DNA of 63,758 nt, filler included, from Hyphochytrium catenoides (lineage: Eukaryota; Protista; Hyphochytriomycota): NCBI GenBank assembly GCA_900088475.1. It is 11 parts of 11 records of this genome, joined end to end, with 100 filler letters (N's around TTAATTAATTAA, not from the genome) between each part and the next. Parts side by side here need not be neighbours in the genome. Positions count along the whole stretch, not along the records: positions 33,561 to 54,392 come from FLMG01000553.1; 10 more parts are not named here. The stretch is one strand, 5' to 3'. A program made the translations under genes and the position numbers. Of the stretch, positions 36,616 through 49,266 are shown piece after piece (positions within the stretch are counted from its first letter, which is position 1; each line of letters opens with the position of its first letter). The notes beneath the pieces are model-generated. The model saw nothing but the letters and a program-made list of their open reading frames with translations. It did no database searches and had not been told where the DNA came from.

Positions 36616-38936
36616 CTAACAGGGACGGCGAGAGGTCAATCTAGTAGAAATAGTCGGCTACCATCTTGGGACAGCTTGATTGATCTAATCTGCATCTCCG
36701 TCCCGTATGTGACCCACTTCTTTTCTTGTCATTCCATGTCCTCGCAGTCACGCTATAGTCACCTATCTCGCATGTTGCCTCGTTTAGCTTCTCAAGCGCT
36801 TACCTTCGACTTGATTCCTACTTCTGCACTTGCATCAGCGTCCGTATACCCGGTATGATTGGCTGACGGAAGCAAATCGAAGGCACAGGCCAGGCGACAG
36901 AGACCGCAGATAAGGTCAATGACCACCTATATCAAAAGAAAATGTTATGACAAACGCCAGCTTTAACAATAACTGACGAGTGTCCCGCATGTGCTGCCTG
37001 ACTAATCCGACTCATTCCTGCCTGATGGACCTGCCCTCTTCGTTGTCTGTCTTCGCTGAGATATTAATTGCATTTCTCCCTTTCTTTCATCCGCTCTTTT
37101 ATTGATTCACCTACCCCATGCCCGTCGCTGCTAAGCATAGACGCACTTTCTTCTACGGGCCCGAAGAGGTTCCAGCTAATGGCCAGCTCAATGATATCCA
37201 ACATCTCGGCTAGGGAGCGGATATTACCAGCGTCGTCAAAAGAACCATTGGCATAATGTAGCCACGAAATACAGTTAGAGCAAATAAAAGAGTAAGGTTT
37301 AAGACTGTATGGAAAGTGGGCAGTCGAAAATGGATGTATTTTGTCACAAGGATGACGATCCTAGCTATCAAGGGCCAAGCTACAATGACAGGCAACAAAA
37401 GAGCTTGAATAACCATGATGAGCTCCAGATGATGGCGATGGTGGGAAAGATCGATAGCAATTAGAGATGCGAGAGAAAAGAAAGTGAGCCGAGTATCAAG
37501 GAGCCGTGCACTATCCCCGTGAGACAGGTAAGCGAAAGACCAAGTACCGGTAAGAATCTTTGCGGAAGATGTAAGGAGCACCTTTCGTCGACTGTCAGGA
37601 TGTCCATAGAAAGAGATACCTACCATCACTCTTCGTCGCTTCTGATGACAACAGGAACCCATTGCATGTGAGGGCACCTTCCAGCAACTACACAAGGTGG
37701 GAAATTAAGAGGATTTCTCAGGAGCTATGAGAAGGAAGTGTTTGGAGGAGAAGGTTGATGGTTGACAGGGTTGACGGCAGCCTGTCTCTGGGGGCTCACC
37801 TTGCAGTATTGTACGTGTGCGCTGCTCAAAGAGTGCACATTCTAAGACAAATGCTCCATTAGCCACACTGGCTTTATCAGCGGGGCAAAGCGATAGAAAG
37901 AGACCCGACAACCACTTTAGGGAACAACCCTAACCTATGAAACTGAGGGTAAAATCCTTTTGAACAGTTCGGGGGCAACACTGTACGAAAGTCACCAGGA
38001 GCCACGAAGACAAAGAAAACCTTACCCCTCCCTCCAAAAGTGAGATAAGACCGGTCATGACTGAAACTGACCGCATTAGATGACTAACACGTCGAAGTTC
38101 TCGGTCGTCTACATTAAGACGCTGCGAAACTGTTAGCCGCAGGTTGTTGAAGCACAAGCAGTCCCTTCCCCTTCGCGGCAGTCCCTTCCCCTTCGCGGCC
38201 TCTTCTTCAATCAATTCGAGTCCTACCACCTTCCAGCTGTAATGCTTAGAGCATTTCTCACTGGAGTTGTCAGTCTGATGTTCATCTCGGGTTGACTCTT
38301 TCCTCTACGAAAACCTTTCTCTTTGTTATCTACGCCTTTACCCATCCAGCCCCATTTCGATACCTTTGGCTTATCACTTGGTAAAGTTAGTGCTAACCAC
38401 CATAATGTCTTCTTCCCCTGTAACGACCAAAAGCAGACCACCCCTGGTCTTTAGGCAACCACTCTCCCACGATTTCCCACAACGACCTTTACTGGACGTC
38501 GGCTTTTAAATGACCATCTCACCTGTCTACTATACCAAGACACTACTGCCGCCACTTCTCCAGCCTCTCCTGGACTAAGCAGTGGGACGAGCAGGCAACC
38601 CTTGAGCCCACAGAGACGAGAAATCGGTGCTCGACAAAAATGCTCCTGAGGGCTCTTGGATATATCGACAGCCCAGTATGGGGATGAAGAGCTGGCACAA
38701 CGAAAGATTCATATTGGCCCAGGCATTCATAGACAACGGGCAAAGAGAAATACAGATCTTCAGTTTGGCAACGAAGGAAGCTTATCACGCCGGACAAGGA
38801 TCATCGGGAGGTAGTAGTAAGTAAGGATATGTATCACTAAACTCGAGGCACAAGGTAGCTAATAGCGAACAACAACCATAGGACGTCGGGTGTAAATAGA
38901 AAACCGAATGGCCCATGTGTGCCATAGCCCACTCAC

Positions 38937-39241
38937 CTATAAGCTTTTCCCGTTGGACCCTGACCCGCTTCTAGCAGAAGGTACTGCCCGGCACGGCGAA
39001 ACGCTTCCAAAGATATCGGGGTTGTGGTACTACCAAGGCGGTGAGCAGTCCAAGCAGTAAACGCAAAGGACTTTATGCATATCTAAAAGCTAAGAACAAA
39101 GGACTGGCTAGAGCACTATTGGAGATAGGACCTAAGCCAAGGAGGCAAGACTAGCAAGGCAGCCGCACCCACTTACACATCGTTAGTCTCAATATTCTCA
39201 GCCAGATCGGAGACTTCCATGGGGTCGGCAGCAGACGCCAT
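38937..39241 (-). CDS. 5' exons of an unknown gene
   Basis: MASAADPMEVSDLAENIETNDV joins in phase over a GTAAGT..TAG intron to TTTPISLEAFRRAGQYLLLEAGQGPTGKAY (GTGAGT donor). Downstream exons are unresolved. Confidence 0.35.
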
Positions 39242-39735
39242 TCCTAGAAAATGCAATCCATCTAAGTCAATAAAGACGCCCTCACTCGCTTGCGTTTATA
39301 GCAGTCTCTTGTAGTACACCGTACCCAAGAGACTGACTTTCTGGTTCTTACCTTCTTCGGGCCAGCAAGAAGAGAAAGGAACTAAGAGAGGACCAATATG
39401 TGTCTGTTTAAAGATGTGTGCCTCTCCATATACCCAGACACTTGCTGGCTAAAGAGCCATGGGTACGGAGAGGCAATGGCAAAGTACCCGGATGCAGTTC
39501 GGTGGTTCGAGAAATGAAGGGAGGCAACCATTAGCGTTCCAGATCTCTCAAACTCCAAAGTTCCACTTACTCTGCAAACCCTTCTTAAAATGAAATCGAA
39601 GGCTGGTCCTGCAACGGACGAAGGCAAAAGCGTCTTCCCATCTGTCTTATAAAGCAAGTCCGTCACGTCCCTGCTAGTACCTCCTCTCGTCCTAGAGACA
39701 AAGAAATTAGATCTAGTGTCACTGTAGACTGGTCA

Positions 39736-41926
39736 TCATGACAACAGTCGAGGCAACTCGTTATCCTCTTGCACCAACCTCAAATAGTTAGCAACGGTCC
39801 GGTGAAAGAAATGCACTGCCTCTGAGATCGGCGTGTTGCCCCAACGATCAACAACATTAACGTTGGCCCCGAGCTCTTCCACCAAGAACTGTACTGCTTC
39901 AAGACTGCCTTCACTAGCCGCCACATGAAGAGGAGTCCTAAAAAATGAGGGATTACGACCTTGTCAGACTTTTGAACGTGATGATGTAGGGCCGTGGCAC
40001 TTAATACGTAGGCTCAGCATGAGAAGAGACTGCCATGGCACGTGGCGGATTTGTGCCGCAACGGGGTCAATAGAGTTTTGCAAGAGAGGTTTTGCCAGTG
40101 GAAAGGATCATAGAACTTGAAGGGACCGAGAAAAACAGAAAGAGTTTTTCGGCAGTTACCTGAGGTCGTAATCCCCGTCATCAATACTGCTCATGGCCTT
40201 AGCCGCAAGCTTCAGTCTCCCCACGTCTCCGTCTCGCGCTGCTGCACAAGCCGCGGAAACAGCTTCATCATTCCTAGTAGGGCCTGAGAATAAAATCGAG
40301 ACAGAAGGAAAGGAGTGTGAGCGAGGCTCGCTAAAGCCAATCATAAATAGAGCTGGAAAGATAAGGGAGTTGGGATGGCAAGATGACAGTTGGACCCAAC
40401 ATACTGCCAGATCTGCAAACTATAAGCTAATCCCGCCAAGTAATGGAGAACAGGAAGGGGTAGCTCACATAGGTCGGTAAAAATGTCACATACCGAGCAC
40501 GCTGGCGGCCCTTCTGAGCACCGTCAGTGCGCTAGTGTTCCCCAGCGTTAGGGCGAGCTCCAAAGGTGTCAGACCCTGAAGATCCTTGACGGTAAGGTCT
40601 GCCCCCGAACTGATCAGTATCTCCAGAGCACCAAGTTGGTCAGCCTCTACCGCCACGTGCAGTGGAGATCTAGAGTGTGAGGTGCGGAAGCAGTAAGCTA
40701 AAAAGGCGACAGAAGGATGGAGAAATCATAAGCTGTATGTGCACGGAAATTACCGGTCCCCGTCGTTTACGTGATGGGACTGCCCCTATGCAGTTGCAGC
40801 AGAGGTCTTATGTTGAATGTCAGAAAGAAGCCATTCATAGCTGAGGGTGGAGGGAAGAGCTAGACAGCAGGGCAACAGACCTTCCTACGTGATCTATAAC
40901 ATTCAGGTGCATTCCTTCCTCGAGGAGGGCTCGCCGGAGCCGTCGTAGATCCCCGGCAGTTATTGCATTCCATAGATCCGAGTGATCTTTCTGCCCTTCA
41001 CTTCGGCTGTGCCAGTCTCTGTCTGTTGGGCTCCACGGTCTACCAGCAGGGTCAAAGTGTGAGGTCAGGGAAGGGAGACCGCAAAGAGACTCTGCTCTCA
41101 TGGTCCGCAGAAGAGCGAATAGGCCTCATGGACTTACGATGCAGGCTTAGGACCAGAGGTGAAAGCCGGGATCTCAGGCAGAGACTTATCGGTCATCCAG
41201 TGGCCCTTCAAGAGACGTGAGAGCTCGTGATGTTCATATTCTGAGGAGGAAGTGGGCGGTTCAGTATATATTATGGTGGATCTCCCTGGAGATGAAAGGT
41301 CCCCACAGGGGGCGATATATATGCCAGTGTAAATCACCTTGAGCATAGTCCATCGGTGTAAAGCCCCACTTGTCAACCTCCATTGGGTTGGCTCCTGCCC
41401 TCAGGAGGACCTCACAAAGCTCAGCATTACCCTCACAGGCAGCGACGTGCAAAGGTGTCCTGAGTAGATGATAAGAAGAGATGCGAAAGCGTAGAGAAGA
41501 AGGTCAGGTCTGCACTCTAAAGCTAGATCAACCAGCATTACAACCTTGCGTTGTCGTCCTTGACATTCGCGCCATAACCAGACTGAAGCAAATGCGCCAC
41601 CAGGTCTCTGTCACCCTGTTTTACTGCGTGGTGGATACTCTCAACTGTCTCATCGAGCTCTGGGATCGTCTCTGTAAAGAAGCCCGGCGCATTAGGGTCA
41701 ATGCGGCACCCAAAAGGAAGCTGTCTTATGTCTTACCGCTCGCCCCCATCTGAGAGGACAGACGCTGGCTACTTTCGTCGTCATCAAGATATCCGTCGAG
41801 AACACTTCGCGGCAAGAGATATGAGTAACGTTAGCAGGGAAGAATGCTTTGATACACCTACCTGATGGTCACACGCCGTTTGTTCCCCAAGGAACGCCGC
41901 ACGGCGGGCCGTGAAGATGACGCCAT
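39736..41926 (-). CDS. Ankyrin-repeat protein, 9 exons, three ANK clusters
   Basis: Spliced product MASSSRPAVRRSLGNKRRVTIS... contains NVKDDNARTPLHVAACEGNAELCEVLL, DHVGRSPLHVAVEADQ and GDYDLRTPLHVAASEG...DRWGNTP. All junctions are in phase. Confidence 0.9.
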
Positions 41927-43088
41927 GCTTTCTCAATCGGCTAGCTCCAGTTTCCCTTTGCCGGAGAATGAGATTGGAGTATGCATAGGGAAGTTTGGCG
42001 GCGCTGAGATATAGGTATCCTGGTCCTCTATAGAGCCCTCGCCTGCCGAAGCCCCTGCAATATATGACTCCCTCCACGCCGTTTGAAGTCCAGAGCCGCC
42101 AAGATTCTAATCGAGTCATCCAGGCCGCCTGGCAGTCAACGCTCCGGACCCAGGCAGACGCAATGCTAGCGAGAGGGCCTATACATGCGCCGGAGCAGAG
42201 CACAAGCAAGACAGCACGGCCAGGCAGGAAGGAGGTGATGATGAAAAGATGTTGAAGTGGAAGACATCTCACCCTTCCCGCACTAGACGTTAACCGCCGA
42301 CTCGTTAGCACAGGCTGGCGCATCAGTTGACACTCCTTCATCGATCTGCCTACTAATAATATGGATAACGAGCCGACTTCCGGCCGGCCATCATTAGCTT
42401 GGCCCCTCCCTACTTGTGATGAGTAGGAAGTAAGGAGATTTGGAACCTGAGTCGATTGCCTTAGTCGGACTCCAGGCACGGACAGCAACCGGGAAGGCTG
42501 ATGGGACGATGCCTCCGGGGCGCTGCCGTAGTGCCTGTAGGGCATCTTACCACGTCTTAGCTCTGTACTTCAGTGAAACTTTCGGTGCAGGGAGGTTGAC
42601 GACGCTGGCGTACAACTTCAGCACTTGCCTCATCTTGGGCTGACTAGTTCCATATGGTGGACAAGTGGTCCCCAGTGTGGTTCCAACTTCCATGGTTCTA
42701 GCCTCTTATTTGTAGAGATGTCGCATGTCGCCTACCTAGGGCTGCAACTGGACAGGAAGGACTTTCTTTGATTTCAAAGATACCGGCAAGCGAAAGTATT
42801 CTAGGCAAATGGCGCTTGACAGTGGGAAGAAGGAGCATGACCATTGTGAGAACTAGAAACAGATGTCGAACAGTCTGTCATCAAATGCTGACTCTCATTC
42901 TTGAGGGTTACATAGCGCAGACTGGTCTTTCCGGCCCCCGATGTGATAGGTCATTGAAAGCCTTCTAGCTCGTTGAGGCTTGCATTGTTACACGACCCAC
43001 CCTTCGCTAGCAATGGCTTTGTCACAGGCACAGCCATGTAAAGGCGCATATAAATCAATGTCACGTCACTTCATGCGAGGCTTCTCGC

Positions 43089-44047
43089 TCATGATGCTGC
43101 TTGTTGCTTCTTCTTTGGTACGAACTTAGGTGCATTTGGATCCTTGCGTACCACGAAGTCTCGTAGATTGATTTTCCCTGCTTGCCAGAAGCTTAGGGAG
43201 TTGTTTGGCAGATTGAGGATGACTGGGTTTCCTCCTGTGATGCCCTTCGTTGTCTGACCAGCGTACTGCTTGTGCTCCGCATGAATCATTTCCAACCTCT
43301 TCTGGTACTGTCGACTTCGGCTTTCCTTCCGCTTTTGTCTTTCCGCCTCTTTCGCTTCAATCACTTTAGGATCGTACTCCTCCAGCATTATCGTGAGATG
43401 CGCATGAGGTTTCTTCTTGATACCAGAACGACCTGAGAGGGTAAGCATTCAGGGCAGCTAATCGTCGACGGACTTAGCCTTAAGAGAGCTTACCCTTGCT
43501 ATGATAGCTGATCCTTTTAAGATAGTAACCGCGACCAACAATGGCCTGGCTGATTTTTAGGTTTGGAGGTTTGACCTCGTGATGGATGTCTGCCAGATTG
43601 ACTGCGCGGCGGATTGTCTCGAAGGTTATCTCTGCGTACTTCTTCCTCTTGTGCACCTTTAGCTGGTCGATCGCGTCAGGCACGCTAAGCCCCCTAATCT
43701 GTAAGGTGAGCATAGAACCATAGGATGAGACGGATCAGCTGACAGAGGTAGCGTTACATATGTCTCATTACCTGTCTAGCTATGACGTTCAGCTTCCTCG
43801 GACTTGCGCGAAAGTTTTTCAGCTGAGATTTGACGATGACTGGCTGGAAAGGTGTTGACATCTGATCGTTCTGGCCGTCATCGTCGCTAATGCTGTGGCC
43901 CTCTTCCCCAGCTTTAGGTACGCCAATTCCCGCATTCTCATTTGCCCGAACAAATGGCGCCGTAGTGGTCCTGAGGCCCATGCCATTGTGCCTCAAGAAC
44001 GCCCCTCCGTCTCTTCGGAGGAGCTGCCCGCACAGTGACCTTATCAT
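43089..44047 (-). CDS. MRPL22: Mitochondrial ribosomal protein uL22
   Basis: Exons 44047-43772, 43698-43494 and 43432-43089. Presequence-like N-terminus, then SPRKLNVIARQIRGLSV, VGRGYYLKRISYHSKGRSG and PHAHLTIMLEE. Confidence 0.93.
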
Positions 44048-44853
44048 TGTGCTTTGTGTGCTATCGCATACGCCTAACCTCTTCCACTCTGAAGCAGATC
44101 TTCTACTATTTACCCTTCTCAGACAGCACAAAAATAACCTTTCCCTTCCTCTGAGGTGGTTCCGACAGATCGCGCTCAGTCGAGAACTCTGCCCCAGAGT
44201 TTTCTTGACGTTCTATCGCTTCCCAGCCAGACAGCTCATTGTCGCAGAGAACTCAAGCAGTAGAGCGCTCCTCTCGAGCCAATGAAAGCATAGATTATTA
44301 TTGCTTTCTACATCACTAGTAACTGATCGTAAAGTAACTGATTCCGCTTGTCTTCGCCTACAGAGGCCGCTAACGGGTATGTGGGAGAAGGACGTTCACT
44401 CCTCAATCAGAATCTTCAGAATTGTGAAAGATATGGCCTGAGATCCTTCGCTGCGGGCTGCACAGTTTTCGCCTCTTGCAGAGCTTCAAACCCCGCCTCA
44501 TATTTGGATAGCTTTCTAGGAAATAGCAATAGCAATATCACGGATACCGATGAGGAAGGTGGGACTAATATCAAGGAAAGGCGATATAGGCAGGCACCTT
44601 CCACTATAGCACCCTCTTCGTCCAAAGGAGAGTTTGTCGAGGTGTGGCTGTCGCGCCGGGTGGCGAAAAGCAGAAAGCGATGTGCTGAATAGTGCTCCCC
44701 ATAGGTAACACCTCCAGGGTCCTCTTTGACACAGAAAAGAAGAGAGGAATCATACATCAAGGACGTTAGGATTACCACGAACAAAGGGTAGAGAGACGAA
44801 GGAGAGCTGCTAGAATATCACCGGGTGATGTTATCAACCCTGGCTCACTGAAA

Positions 44854-46305
44854 ATGTCAACCAAGGTCGCAGATGTTATAGTTGTTGGAGCGGGGATTTC
44901 AGGTCTGACAGCAGCCTATCGCCTCACACAGGCTGAAGCTTCCGTCTTGGTTTTAGAGGCTAGTTCTAGAGTTGGAGGGAGGCTTTTCTCAATTGAAGCG
45001 TATCCTGGTAAATGGATTGACCTTGGGGGCCAGTGGGTGGGGCCGACACAGGTTGATGTGCTGGACCTCCTCAAGGAGCTTGAGCTTGAGACCTTTCCGC
45101 AGCCAGTGGGTGCCGAGCTGCTTGAGTATCGTGGCGACTTACGCGGTCCGTATAAGGGCACAATCCCTCCGCTACCATTATTTGCACTTCTTGAAGTCCA
45201 GTTCTCTCTTCTGAAAACCCTCAATAGAGAAGCCGCCAAAATTGATGCAGTCAATCCGGAGAGAAGTCCAAACGCACTGGAGTATGATTCTATTACACTG
45301 GACGAGTGGGCGAGGAGAAATATGTGGACCGACGCGGCTAGGAAAGGATTGGAGCTGGCTATCCGAGCCACTCTCTGTGCCGAAACTACTGAAGTGTCTT
45401 TTCTTGCTTTCCTTTGGTATATCCGTACCGCGGGCTCCGTTGAAGCACTACTTGACTTCGAAGGCGGTGCCCAGCAGGACCGTATAATAGGTGGCACGGA
45501 CGGGATCTGCCGAGCCCTATTGCAGCGAATCGGGCCTGAAAAGGTCAAATTTAACTCACCAGTCACAGAGATCAAGCAGGATGCGGATTGTGTGTCAGTA
45601 AGAGATCTATCTGGCAACGTCTATCATGGAAGTCGAGTGATTCTGGCTCTTCCTCCGACGTCCTATAGAAGAATAAACTTTATACCGGGACTTCCTGTCT
45701 CCTTGCAGACGCTGGTCAACCGCCTCTTCATGGGCTCCATGTGCAAAATTTGGGCTGTGTACCCTCGCGCCTTCTGGGTGGATAGGGGTCTCAGTGGCAT
45801 GGCCGTCACAATGCCTTATACCCCAAGAGACAGACAGCACTTGAAGGTACATATGGCGGAGAAGGAGGAGGAATGGAACCCCATAACGACGGTATGCGAC
45901 GGCTCCAATCACGATAGAAGCCTTAACGCCCTTGTTGTCTTCGTCAATGGCTTTCAGACGGTCCGATTCCTGAAAAAGCCTGAGGAACTCAGGAAGAAAC
46001 TTATCCTTGATCGTTTGTCTCAGTACTTTGGTGAAGAAGCGAGGAGCCCGGACTCCTACGTGGAGCAGAATTGGATGGAGGACCCTTGGGCTATGGGAGC
46101 TTACACTACTATCCTACCAGTGGGCGCTATGACTCTTTACTCCTCCTTGGACGACCTACGACGTCCCGTTGGCAGGATCCATATGGCGGGTACTGAAACA
46201 GCAACAAAGTGGCCAGGATATATGTCTGGTGGGGTTCAGGCGGGAGACAGGGCTGCAGTCGAGGTGCTGAAGGTGCTAAAAAACGAGAGACAGGGAAGTG
46301 GCTAA
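44854..46305 (+). CDS. Flavin-containing monoamine oxidase
   Basis: 483-aa intronless ORF with VIVVGAGISGL FAD loop, LEASSRVGGR, DLGGQWVGPTQ, GGAQQDRI and GRIHMAGTETATKWPGYMSGGVQAG. Confidence 0.95.
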   Translation: MSTKVADVIVVGAGISGLTAAYRLTQAEASVLVLEASSRVGGRLFSIEAYPGKWIDLGGQWVGPTQVDVLDLLKELELETFPQPVGAELLEYRGDLRGPYKGTIPPLPLFALLEVQFSLLKTLNREAAKIDAVNPERSPNALEYDSITLDEWARRNMWTDAARKGLELAIRATLCAETTEVSFLAFLWYIRTAGSVEALLDFEGGAQQDRIIGGTDGICRALLQRIGPEKVKFNSPVTEIKQDADCVSVRDLSGNVYHGSRVILALPPTSYRRINFIPGLPVSLQTLVNRLFMGSMCKIWAVYPRAFWVDRGLSGMAVTMPYTPRDRQHLKVHMAEKEEEWNPITTVCDGSNHDRSLNALVVFVNGFQTVRFLKKPEELRKKLILDRLSQYFGEEARSPDSYVEQNWMEDPWAMGAYTTILPVGAMTLYSSLDDLRRPVGRIHMAGTETATKWPGYMSGGVQAGDRAAVEVLKVLKNERQGSG

Positions 46306-46843
46306 TGCGCCAAGTAATCGTCCACACTAGGGAAGCGATCGAAGAGGCAGCTTCTAGACTTTGTGCCAGTTAAGGCTGGCTTTGCAGGAAATCTAAACTC
46401 TCCTCCACAACATAGCAGTTATCCCTCTGCAATAGAGCCTAGGAAATTGTTAGCGTTGACGGAGGGATGCACTTTACCGACATAAAAAAGATCGTGAGAC
46501 GGTTTTGTTTTCATCTCTACCCAGAAATCACTCTTTGCTATCAATGTGCTGTGCACACAGTCGCGGTTAAGATGTCGTCACACAACATGATCTGTTTTCT
46601 ATCGAGTAGCCACATAGTAGACCATTGTACGACGAGCACGTCCGTAAGCCCAAATTGGTCAAGACTCGACCAGCCTTCTGCATGAGATTCAGTCGAATGC
46701 TAAGGTGTTCTATCTCTTAGTATTATAACGTGAAAGAATGGGTCCCGCCCGTGCAAGCAACAAGGCAGTGCACAGGGCAATGTATACTTCCAGAGTTGGC
46801 ATCATTAGGAGTTTCAGGCGGGAGCCTCGAAGCTTCGAAAGTC

Positions 46844-48532
46844 TCAAGGGGCGAAGATTAAACGAATTTCTCTTTCTGCAGATCCTGGAGAGTCCGATCC
46901 ATGGACTGCATTCTTTTCTCCGTCAGTCCCATAGTGCGCACGGATGCTATGTGTTGACGAGTATACAGAAAGGTCATTCGGCGCCAGGTTGAAAGCTGTA
47001 GCACTTTTAAGCCTTACCTGTTGGGTGCCTCAGCACGAGCTTTCTCGGAGTTCGTTGGCCCAGCAAGCTCTCTCCACGCTTTGATCGCATTCTCCTTCTG
47101 CAAAATGAGACCGACAACCGGACCACTAGTCATGAAAGCAACGAGGTCCTTGAAGAAGGGTTTCTCCTTATGCTCGCCGTAAAATTCCTCAGCTTTCTCT
47201 TGAGTGAGCTGGAACTCCTGCTGCTTGACAATTTCGAAGCCTGAAAAAGGAGAGACCGCCTTATAAGCCCGCTGTGACTCTTTGTCCGAGAAGGCTCTGA
47301 TCTTTACACAATATAGCTCCCACTATAGACTTGTCAATCTTACCATTCTCTTTGATCTTGTCTACGATAGCTGGTACGTGGCCAGCTGCCATCGCGTCAG
47401 GCTTGATCATGGCATAAGTCTTCTGTAAGGGATCTATAGTGAGTTCAGGAAAGAAAAAGAGAATCTCTCTGTAGGCGGACTCTGGTCCGTCCGAGCCATG
47501 GACAGCGTTGCAAGTGCCATTGGTACCATACAAAGCACGGATGGATTCGGGAGCTTCCTCTTTGGCCTTGAAGCAGTTCGTCGGCCCAATGAACTTTCTC
47601 CAAGAAGTCACCGCCTTCTCCTTTTTGAGAACCATAGCAACGATAGGTCCGCTCGTCATAAAGCGGACTAGCTCCTCGTAGAAGGGTTTGCCCTTGTGTT
47701 CGCCGTAGAATTCTTCAGCGTGGTGAGGTGAAAGGGTAAGCTGTCGCTTCTTTACAATCTCAAACCCAGCTGCTGTCGTCTTCTCGACGATCTCCTCCGC
47801 CTTTCCGGCCCCGACTGCGTCTGGCTTGATCATTGCATATGTGTACACAGTCCTACATAAAAACAGCGGTGTGTGGCACAAGAATGAAGTAAATAGCAAT
47901 GCTCACGAGCTCCGACTGTACGGTATGGTAAGTCCCATACCTATCGTTGTGCCCAGGGAAGAAATAGGCAATCTCCCTTTCGGCTGTGGCATCGGCATCG
48001 GAGCCGTGTGCTGCATTTCGGGTGCCATCTGTTCCAAATCTTGCGCGGATGCTAGCGATGACGATGATGTGTGATCAGCTTTGGGGGTTCTCAGGCCGAC
48101 AACTATCGTATACTTTTACCTTTCAGGAGCCTCTGCCTTAGCCCTGTCAGTGTTGGTTGGACCCAGGAGCTCCCTCCACTTCTTGACAGCCTCGTCTCTC
48201 TGTAGCACTAGCAGTACTGCTGGGCCACTGGTCATAAACTCAATGAGGGTTGGAAAGAACTCCTTTTCTTTGTGCTCTTTGTAGAACCCTTCAGCCTGCT
48301 GCTGGGTAAGCGTCGTCTCTTTTTCAAGGACCACCTCAAAGCCTAGAGCACATGGCTTAGGCTTAGGTCTTTTACCTTTAACTTAATAGGAATAGGTCCA
48401 GAGACTCTTACCGTGCTCCCGGGCTAGAGAGAGGATCTCGTCCTTCTTTCCTGAAGCTACGGCATCTGGCTTGATCATGGCAAATGTTTCCCGGCCGGCC
48501 AGAGGCACCTGAATGCTTGATGCGCCTCCCAT
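46844..48532 (-). CDS. Nucleoside diphosphate kinase with three tandem NDK domains (429 aa)
   Basis: Exons 48532-48412, 48342-48120, 48051-47941, 47852-47344, 47240-47018 and 46946-46844. Three copies of T(F/Y)AMIKPDA...FMTSGP...GPTN...SIRA...NA(A/V)HGSD...A.REI. Confidence 0.95.
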
Positions 48533-49266
48533 TATTACAGATCCTTAAACACCCTTTTGTCTCTAGAATCTTGCAGTCAGCAAGGCGTAGCTGGTTTCCT
48601 GACAAAGCAATTCTGTCTCAGCAAAATCTTTCCTCAGGAAGGAGGAAGACCTGTCGGTGAAGTAAGATATCTCTTGATGTGTCTTGCTCGTCCTCTCACG
48701 CTGACGCTTGGCAACTGGCGGCCTTATGAGAATGAGCACTAGCTAGACTTTGAGCAAAGCACGTGGTGGCGTCGCTTCAGGCGGACCGAGGGGCGGTGAA
48801 GAGACAGTACTACCTATCCTCTCAACCTCTCTCCTGCTGAGGATACCGGACAACAACAGCCCAATTACGGGTACCGTAACATCCCATACGGACAATACTC
48901 TTTACGAACCGTCAGCGTTCCTACGTACAACAGTAAGTACGAAGGGAAGATCTTTGTCCTCAACTGGGCTTGTCCTTTCGCCTTTCGCCCTTTCATCAAA
49001 CGAAAAACGATGCGGTTAACGGCTCTCATAGCAGCGATTGTACTGGTCGTACCTGCTGTACAGCGGTTATAGGATCGGACTGTTTACATCTCATCCTACC
49101 GTTTTACGACCAACCCACGCCTTCGTCTGTTGATGGGGCCGCCGGCCGGCTTTGATCAGCGTTCATCAACGCTATTATTAGTCTGCAGTCTGCAGACGCA
49201 GCAGCAAAAAGAAAGTGTACGCGTGTGACTGCAGTGACTGTACTCTGTCAGTCACCCTGGTCACTG

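Noticed and set aside
38158-38200. 20-bp exact tandem duplication (and similar short ones near 31460-31520 and 63143-63175) as CRISPR-like repeats
   Set aside because: No spacers, two or three copies only, eukaryotic context
41545-41600. Suspected frameshift in the first ankyrin cluster
   Set aside because: Re-reading gives an in-frame SGYGANVKDDNAR; the gene is intact
44916-45617. 233-aa ORF antisense to the amine oxidase
   Set aside because: Shadow frame of a well-supported gene on the opposite strand
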